A DNA stretch of 32,000 nucleotides from assembly GCF_900083515.1 (NCBI RefSeq), contig NZ_LT671858.1, positions 1,260,001 through 1,292,000 of the forward strand. The letters are read 5' to 3'. Made by a program: the position numbers and the translations under genes. The notes beneath the pieces are model-generated. The model had not been told where the DNA came from. It searched no databases and worked only from the letters and a program-made list of their open reading frames with translations. Of the stretch, positions 26,116 through 32,000 are shown piece by piece. Position 1 is the stretch's first letter. Every line of letters starts with the position of its first letter. This DNA comes from Cuniculiplasma divulgatum. GTDB taxonomy: Archaea > Thermoplasmatota > Thermoplasmata > Thermoplasmatales > Thermoplasmataceae.

Positions 26116-26595
26116 AATGAACCGCCATTAAATATGTTTCATTAAGTTTATTCAGTTTATAAATATTTGTCCTAAAAATCTCTACACACGTTGAGAATAA
26201 ACGTTAACAACCTTACCTAAAAAAGCTTTATCATACCATTTTATTCAATTAAAATATTAAAAGAACTCAACTTTTAACAGTTGTTAAATCCCCTTTTTGT
26301 AGTTCTAAGAGTGAAATAAACAGAACGACTTACAGTAATATCAATAAGCAAAAAGCCCTTTAAATTTCATTATATAATAGAGATCTGATGTGATTTTATC
26401 CTAGGACATTTTATCCAAAAATATCTTTATATTGTACAGAATAAATAAAAAGATTTGACCCAATTAAACCCATTGTTAATAAAAAATAGACATATAAGCT
26501 GAACCATATTCCGATAAAGTAGTTCCCAAAACTACAAAACTCTTTTAATATTGGAATGTCTACAATAGAAATAAGGTGAAAAAAAATTGATTGCA

Positions 26596-28410
26596 ATGGA
26601 AGAAAGGAATAAATATCCCGAAGTCAGATTTGCCAGTGACTTTGAGATAAGCAAGAATGCACCGTTCAAGACCGTCGATGAGTTTATAGGTGCCATGAGG
26701 AACCTTATCTCAGATGACATGATGCTAATAAGGGTTACAGAAAGCTTGTGCCCAATATGTGTTGATGATGAGAAATTCGACCAGATGAGAATTCCAGCCA
26801 TAGTTTATGAAAATGCTGGAGAAGTAAAGTTAATAAAGGAATGCGCTGAGCATGGAATAACAAAGGAGAAATACTGGGAAGATTACGATATGTACCAGGA
26901 AGCCAAAAAATGGCAGGATCCCGGAGTTAAGATATTAAACCCACACGTTGCATACCTTGAGTCAAAAATAGTTTGTCCTACACACTGCGGACTTTGCGTA
27001 AAACATAAGTCACATACTGGACTCGGAAATGTAGTAGTTACAAACAGGTGTGACCTTTCCTGCTGGTACTGTTTCTTCTATGCAAAAGAGAATGAGCCAA
27101 TTTACGAGCCATCACAGGACCAGGTCAGAATGATGCTAAGAAGGATGAGAAATGAAAAACCAGTAGGAGCTAATGCAGTTCAAATAACAGGTGGAGAACC
27201 AACAATCAGAGACGACATACTTGATGTGATCAAAATAGCCAGAGAAGAGGGGTATGAACACATACAGTTGAACACGAACAGTGTAAGAGCAGCCTTTGAC
27301 CCAGATTTCCCGAAGAAGATAAGAGAAGCTGGTTCCAACGTAGTTTATACGAGTTTTGATGGACCGACCCCAAGATCAAACCCAAAGAATTTCTGGGAGA
27401 TTCCGGCCGCATTACAGAATTACAAGAATGCTCCAATGGGAGTGGTTCTGGTTCCAACAGTTATAGGCGGAATAAATGATATGTACCTTGGTGATACAAT
27501 CAGATTTGGTCTTTCTAACATCGATTCGGTTAGGGCAGTAAACTTCCAGCCAGTAAGTTTGGTAGGAAGAATGCCAGACAGAATGAGAGAAAAACAGAGA
27601 GTCACCATACCAGGATGCATAAAGAAGATTGAGCAACAGACTGATGGTATGATCGGAAGAGAAGACTTCTTCACAGTTCCTTCTACTACAAAGGTTTCAA
27701 ACTTTGTTGAGCAGCTAAAAGGAAAGGATATGTACAAACTTTCAATACATTTTGCCTGTGGAATGGGAACTTATCTCTTCAAGGAAGGAGACAAGATTAC
27801 TCCAATAACCAGATTCATAGATGTAAGAGGAATGTTCGAGTACATTGGTGAACTTGCGGATGATATAAAGGATTCATCATTCAAGACTGTTAGGAAAGTA
27901 ACTTCAGCAGCAAAACTGTTAGCCAGTCTCAAGAAATTCGTGGACTATGAAAAGGCACCGAAGGATTTCAGTATAAAGGACATGGTATATAACGCATTTA
28001 CTGAGGGAGATTACCACGGATTAAAGGCTTTCCACTACAAGAGTATGTTCATAGGATTCATGCACTTCATGGACCCATACACATATGATGTGGACAGAGT
28101 TGAAAGATGCGATATCCATTATGCAATGCCTGATGGAAGGGTTGTTCCATTCTGTGCTTTCAATGTTATACCTGAGCTCTACAGAGATGCAACGCAGAGA
28201 AAGTATTCAATTCCTGCTAAAACATATGAAGAGAGAACGGGAAAGAACCTGAAGAAGGAAAAGTACTTCAGGGAGTACACACTGGAAGAAAAGAAGTCTA
28301 TACTAAACTTCTACGAGAAGAGCATAGGCAGGAAACTTTCACAGGATGAGATTGGACTCAATCTCAACGAAGCCATACCAGTGATATCTTCTGACAAACC
28401 AGAAGATTAA
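26596..28410 (+). CDS. tes: Radical SAM enzyme, probable tetraether lipid synthase (Tes / GDGT-MAS family)
   Basis: Radical SAM motif CDLSCWYC (27049..27072) and a second CX3CX2C, CPTHCGLC (26974..26997). The N-terminus carries CPIC...C..H, a rubredoxin-like Cys3His pattern, and there are C-terminal Cys residues (CDIHY...FCAF). The ORF-track start at 26587 is TTG. ATG at 26596 with AAGGTGA upstream is more likely. The family assignment comes from recollection of the Tes/MJ0619 architecture. Confidence 0.65.
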   Translation: MEERNKYPEVRFASDFEISKNAPFKTVDEFIGAMRNLISDDMMLIRVTESLCPICVDDEKFDQMRIPAIVYENAGEVKLIKECAEHGITKEKYWEDYDMYQEAKKWQDPGVKILNPHVAYLESKIVCPTHCGLCVKHKSHTGLGNVVVTNRCDLSCWYCFFYAKENEPIYEPSQDQVRMMLRRMRNEKPVGANAVQITGGEPTIRDDILDVIKIAREEGYEHIQLNTNSVRAAFDPDFPKKIREAGSNVVYTSFDGPTPRSNPKNFWEIPAALQNYKNAPMGVVLVPTVIGGINDMYLGDTIRFGLSNIDSVRAVNFQPVSLVGRMPDRMREKQRVTIPGCIKKIEQQTDGMIGREDFFTVPSTTKVSNFVEQLKGKDMYKLSIHFACGMGTYLFKEGDKITPITRFIDVRGMFEYIGELADDIKDSSFKTVRKVTSAAKLLASLKKFVDYEKAPKDFSIKDMVYNAFTEGDYHGLKAFHYKSMFIGFMHFMDPYTYDVDRVERCDIHYAMPDGRVVPFCAFNVIPELYRDATQRKYSIPAKTYEERTGKNLKKEKYFREYTLEEKKSILNFYEKSIGRKLSQDEIGLNLNEAIPVISSDKPED

Positions 28411-28424
28411 TCCTATTTTTTATA

Positions 28425-28832
28425 ATGTTTAAAATTGTTGATCACGAAGCCGATACAACTATAAGATTTTTTTACAGCAGTATTGATGAAATAGTAACGT
28501 CAATTATAAAGAGTTTTCAGGAAACGGTTTTAGGCAGATCGGAAGATTTGGAATGGGGAGAACTTGAAACTATTAATATTGCAATCGATTGTAAGTTAAG
28601 CTACAAATTTTTAGCTATCGATCTTTTTAATGAAATGATTTTTTTAATGGAAGAAAAGGACATATTTCCAGTTGAGATGAAAAAGATAAGTTTTAATGGG
28701 GACTCTAACAATCTGGAGATCATCTATGGCAAGTGCCTAAACGTTAGAAATTATAACGCTATTCCAAAAGCAGCAACAACAAACAGTGGTAAGACCTCTG
28801 ACCAATTCTTTGATATAACACTTGACCTGTAA
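28425..28832 (+). CDS. Archease-like protein (divergent)
   Basis: N-terminal [14 protein letters not shown] (archease F..DHTADI motif with T replaced by E). C-terminal IPKAATTN (compare KAVTYH) and FFDITLDL. Length is 135 aa. The start lies 14 nt after the radical SAM stop. Confidence 0.65.
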   Translation: MFKIVDHEADTTIRFFYSSIDEIVTSIIKSFQETVLGRSEDLEWGELETINIAIDCKLSYKFLAIDLFNEMIFLMEEKDIFPVEMKKISFNGDSNNLEIIYGKCLNVRNYNAIPKAATTNSGKTSDQFFDITLDL

Positions 28833-28912
28833 ATAAAGAAAGTGGATGTTTAGGAACCAGAACTGAGCTTATACTAACTAAAGTTTTATTTTGTGAAAGT
28901 ATTTACCTTAGT

Positions 28913-29461
28913 ATGACCAATTTAGTACCGAGTAAGCTTTTTTTCACCAGAGGTGTCGGAAGAGGAGATACCATGTTAAGATCCTTTGAGGAGGCACTCA
29001 GAGATGCAGGAATAGCCCAGTTTAACATCGTCGCAGTGAGTTCCATATTCCCCCCTGGTGCTCAGATAGTAAGCAGGGAGGAAGGATTGAATTATCTGAA
29101 TCCTGGACAAATCCTCTTTACTGTACTTGCAAGGAACGCTTCAAATGAAATGAACAGAATGCTTTCTTCTGCAATCGGATATGCAATTCCTACAGATAGG
29201 AGCAGATGGGGGTATCTGAGCGAACACCACAGTTTTGGGGAAACGGAAAAAAAAGCTGGCTTTTTTGCTGAGAAGTTAGCAGCTGAAATGCTTGCAAGCA
29301 CCACTGGTGAACAGGATCAGCTGGTGTGGGATGGCAAGAATGAAGAGTACAGATTGAAAGATAGAATTCTACAAACTAAGAACATATGCTCAACCGCAGT
29401 GGTTTTGAAGGAGGATGAATGGACAACCACCATAGGTGCAGCAGTATTGATAGTTGAATGA
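28913..29461 (+). CDS. pdaD: Pyruvoyl-dependent arginine decarboxylase
   Basis: [17 protein letters not shown] matches the PdaD self-cleavage region (NLIRISSIMPP in the methanogen enzyme, with serinolysis at the Ser-Ser pair). Length is 182 aa. A TATA-like TTTTATTTTG lies about 28 nt upstream of the ATG. Confidence 0.85.
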   Translation: MTNLVPSKLFFTRGVGRGDTMLRSFEEALRDAGIAQFNIVAVSSIFPPGAQIVSREEGLNYLNPGQILFTVLARNASNEMNRMLSSAIGYAIPTDRSRWGYLSEHHSFGETEKKAGFFAEKLAAEMLASTTGEQDQLVWDGKNEEYRLKDRILQTKNICSTAVVLKEDEWTTTIGAAVLIVE

Positions 29462-29466
29462 TCCAA

Positions 29467-32000
29467 ATGAGTGAAGAGAAGGAATGGCAGGACAAGTGGA
29501 AGGAAAGTGGGATATTTAATTCTGAGCCTGATCATAGAAAGAAGTACCTCATAACTGTACCGTGGCCATACACAAGTGGGCCTCTTCACGTAGGTCACGG
29601 GAGAACGTACACGTTAGCAGATATTATGGGCAGATACAAGAGGCTAATGGGGTATAATGTTCTTTTTCCAATGGGTTTTCACGAAAGTGGTACTCCAATA
29701 GGTTCAATTTCAGAAAAGATTAAACGTGGAGAAGAGAAGACAATTTCCCTATATAGAAAGTATATATCAGAATATGAAAATAACGAGAGTATTAATGAGA
29801 TTATAGAAAGCTTCAAGGACCCGCTGAATGTAGCTAACTACTTTGCCTCAAAAATTACAAAAGATTTCATGGCATTAGGTTATTCTATTGATTGGCGAAG
29901 ATCATTCAGATCAATAGATCCGGCTTATAGCAAATTTGTTCAGTGGCAATTCAGAAAACTTGGACACCTGAATTTGCTAAAACAGGGAAGCCATCCTGTT
30001 TTATACAGTCCAGAAGATGGAAATGCAGTTGGAGAAGATGATATTGAAGACGGTGACACCAACAAGGTATCCATTGAAAAATTCTCTATGGTACTTTTCA
30101 AAAATACCACTGATGATTATTATCTGGCAGCTGCATCTCTTAGACCAGAAACCCTCTTTGCTGTTACAAACCTGTGGATCAACCCTGATTCTAAATATAT
30201 GAAAATAAGAATCAATGATAAGATAATAGTTGTTTCAGAATATGCTTCAAAAAAGGTTCTATTACAGTTCGAAGATTCAGAGGTAATTGGAGAAGTTACT
30301 ACTGTTGAGTTACTGAAGGGGTCTTATACTGTTCCTTTTGCAGAAAATATAGTGAACGTTTACTCAAACCATGGAATCAATCCTGAGCAGGCTACCGGTG
30401 TAGTGTATAGTGTTCCCGGCCATTCCGTTATGGACCTGAGCTTTATCCACAGCCTTGGCCTTGATATTCAAGCTATTCATATAATATCGGCCAAGTCTGG
30501 ATTGTCAAAAGCTTCAGATTATTTGAAGAAATTTGATGATCCAGCAGTAGCGAATACAGAGATTTACAGGGACGAATTTTATGATGGAACTATGGTCAAT
30601 AATTTACCATTTATTGGAGGTAAAAGCGTAAAAGATGCAAGAGATGTAATGAACTCGAAGCTTTTTGAAAAAGGTATTGGGTTTTTGTTTTATGAACCTT
30701 CAAGGCCGGCAAAGACCAGGGATGGAAAGCCAGTAATTGTCTCCATAATGCACGACCAGTGGTTCATAGATTATTCCGATGAGGTTTGGAAAAAACATAC
30801 TGTGGAAAATGTTTCAAGAATGGAGTTTTTTCCCGAGTTTTACAGGAAAAACATGTTTGACGTCATCGATTGGATCGAAGAAAGGGCATGTGCCAGGAAA
30901 AGAGGGCTTGGAACACCTCTTCCCCAGGATCCTTCATGGGTTATTGAATCTCTATCTGATTCAACAATCTACCCTGCGTTCTATACATTTTCTCATCTAA
31001 TAGATGGAAATGTAACAAAAGAAATAGATGATGAATTCTTTGATTATGTAATGAATGATCAGGAAGAAAGAATTCCAGAGAAGCTTGGAGATTTATCTGA
31101 AAAGGCGAAAGAGGAGTTTCAATACTGGTATGGCGTTGATCAGAGGATTACCTCAGCTTCACATATGTCCAACCATCTTGTATTCTATCTCATGAATCAC
31201 AGGGCGATACTTGGAGACCGCTACCAGCCTGGAGGAATTTCAATCATAGGAATGGTTATATCCAATGGTGCTAAGATTTCAAAAAGTAAAGGGAATGCTG
31301 TTTCCCTTCTTGACGTGGTTAAGCAGTACGGGGCAGATCTTTTCAGATTGTATGTGGCACTTGTTGCCGAGGTGGATTCGGTGCTTGACTGGAACGAGGC
31401 TGAAATAGAAAATATACGAGGAGTGTATGAAACTATCAGGAACACACTTAATATGCAAGGAAACAACTCAAAAAAGGATAAGTATACTGAAATCTTTAAA
31501 ATTAAATTCAAGCACCATCTTAGAAATTACTATGAGAAAATGGATAAATTCCAGATAAGAGGGGCCTATGTGGAAATGGTCTACGAAGTTCTGAGAGAGA
31601 TGAATCAGCTTGGAAGTCTGGGAATGGATATAGGCACTGCTGTTCACGAGGTCAGAAAGGAATGGGTTCAGGTATTATCATGTGTCGTTCCCCACATGGC
31701 TGAATCCATATGGAGTCAATTTGAGGGGAGTGGTTTTGTTTCAAATAGTGAAATGTCCATAGAGGCCATTTCAGATAATGAAATGAAAAGTGAAAGAAAC
31801 TTTGACTATACTACATCTCTTGCTGACGATATAAGATCAATTCAGTCGGTCACAAAAATTAAACCTTCGGAAATTAAAATAACAGTATGCAATGAGAAGA
31901 TAAAAGAAGAAACAATGAAAATAATAAATGGAGATCTCAATGTGTCTATGAAATCAATTATTGGAAACGTGAAGAAATATCGTGGGAAACTCAACATGGA
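29467..32000 (+). CDS. leuS: Leucine--tRNA ligase, archaeal type (3' end beyond the window)
   Basis: Not in the ORF track because it runs off the edge. ATG at 29467 gives MSEEKEWQDKWKESGIFNSEPDHRKKYLITVPWPYTSGPLHVGHGRTYTLADIMGRYKRLMGYNVLFPMGFHESGTPI, with a HIGH-type HVGH. The KMSKS-type motif KISKS is at 31273..31287. The frame stays open to nt 32000. Confidence 0.9.
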   Translation, partial: MSEEKEWQDKWKESGIFNSEPDHRKKYLITVPWPYTSGPLHVGHGRTYTLADIMGRYKRLMGYNVLFPMGFHESGTPIGSISEKIKRGEEKTISLYRKYISEYENNESINEIIESFKDPLNVANYFASKITKDFMALGYSIDWRRSFRSIDPAYSKFVQWQFRKLGHLNLLKQGSHPVLYSPEDGNAVGEDDIEDGDTNKVSIEKFSMVLFKNTTDDYYLAAASLRPETLFAVTNLWINPDSKYMKIRINDKIIVVSEYASKKVLLQFEDSEVIGEVTTVELLKGSYTVPFAENIVNVYSNHGINPEQATGVVYSVPGHSVMDLSFIHSLGLDIQAIHIISAKSGLSKASDYLKKFDDPAVANTEIYRDEFYDGTMVNNLPFIGGKSVKDARDVMNSKLFEKGIGFLFYEPSRPAKTRDGKPVIVSIMHDQWFIDYSDEVWKKHTVENVSRMEFFPEFYRKNMFDVIDWIEERACARKRGLGTPLPQDPSWVIESLSDSTIYPAFYTFSHLIDGNVTKEIDDEFFDYVMNDQEERIPEKLGDLSEKAKEEFQYWYGVDQRITSASHMSNHLVFYLMNHRAILGDRYQPGGISIIGMVISNGAKISKSKGNAVSLLDVVKQYGADLFRLYVALVAEVDSVLDWNEAEIENIRGVYETIRNTLNMQGNNSKKDKYTEIFKIKFKHHLRNYYEKMDKFQIRGAYVEMVYEVLREMNQLGSLGMDIGTAVHEVRKEWVQVLSCVVPHMAESIWSQFEGSGFVSNSEMSIEAISDNEMKSERNFDYTTSLADDIRSIQSVTKIKPSEIKITVCNEKIKEETMKIINGDLNVSMKSIIGNVKKYRGKLNM

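Noticed and set aside
26385-26393. CTGATGTGA resembles a C-box (RUGAUGA) of a C/D box sRNA.
   Set aside because: I found no D box (CUGA) at the appropriate distance, no C'/D' pair and no terminal stem nearby on either strand.
26411-26801. Two minus-strand ORFs (61 and 89 aa) lie in or overlap the long intergenic region and the 5' end of the radical SAM gene.
   Set aside because: One overlaps the well-supported radical SAM coding sequence. Both are hydrophobic, low-complexity translations of AT-rich sequence with no start context or motifs.
28411-28424. The T-rich run CTATTTTTTATAATG after the radical SAM stop might be a terminator separating it from archease.
   Set aside because: The archease ATG lies only 14 nt after the stop, which is too close for an independent promoter downstream of a terminator. 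Read-through and co-transcription seem more likely, though this is unresolved without transcript data.
1-32000. I searched for CRISPR arrays, tRNA/rRNA genes, transposases, integrases, toxin-antitoxin pairs and recognisable defence genes.
   Set aside because: There are no regularly spaced direct repeats, and no GC-rich cloverleaf-sized segments in the intergenic regions. No ORF has DDE/tyrosine-recombinase, Cas, restriction-modification or abortive-infection hallmarks. The window looks like core chromosome rather than an island.

Overview
This window is a densely coding, visibly AT-rich stretch of archaeal chromosome. I support 26 protein-coding genes, two of them truncated at the window edges and absent from the ORF track. 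I found no rRNA, tRNA, CRISPR array, transposase or integrase. The gene content points to an aerobic, acidophilic, cell-wall-less Thermoplasmatales-like organism (Ferroplasma/Acidiplasma-like), but that is inference only. The evidence is a heme-copper terminal oxidase operon with an embedded sulfocyanin-type blue copper protein and heme O synthase, a Tes/GDGT-MAS-like radical SAM enzyme, and extracellular domains made almost entirely of N/S/T/Y/G residues. Housekeeping genes are uS15, a RecJ/DHH nuclease, PheRS beta, LeuRS, MBF1, archease, pyruvoyl arginine decarboxylase, a gamma-carbonic-anhydrase-like protein and an aldehyde dehydrogenase. The most unusual locus is a 2095-aa ORF (17812..24099, minus strand). 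It fuses a complete AglB/STT3 oligosaccharyltransferase to a ~1180-aa array of beta-sandwich surface domains saturated with N-glycosylation sequons, ending in a second membrane anchor. It is translationally coupled by an ATGA overlap to a small, similarly built sequon-rich membrane protein. A second candidate system is a 1213-aa TPR-like solenoid protein translationally coupled to a membrane protein that looks like a site-2 protease (M50) with all catalytic residues replaced. Lesser observations are a single-chain tandem ribbon-helix-helix protein just upstream of pheT, an uS15-RecJ-RNase H-fold nuclease cluster, and a Tes-like gene followed by a divergent archease. All functional calls rest on motifs read by eye and need profile or structure searches to confirm.
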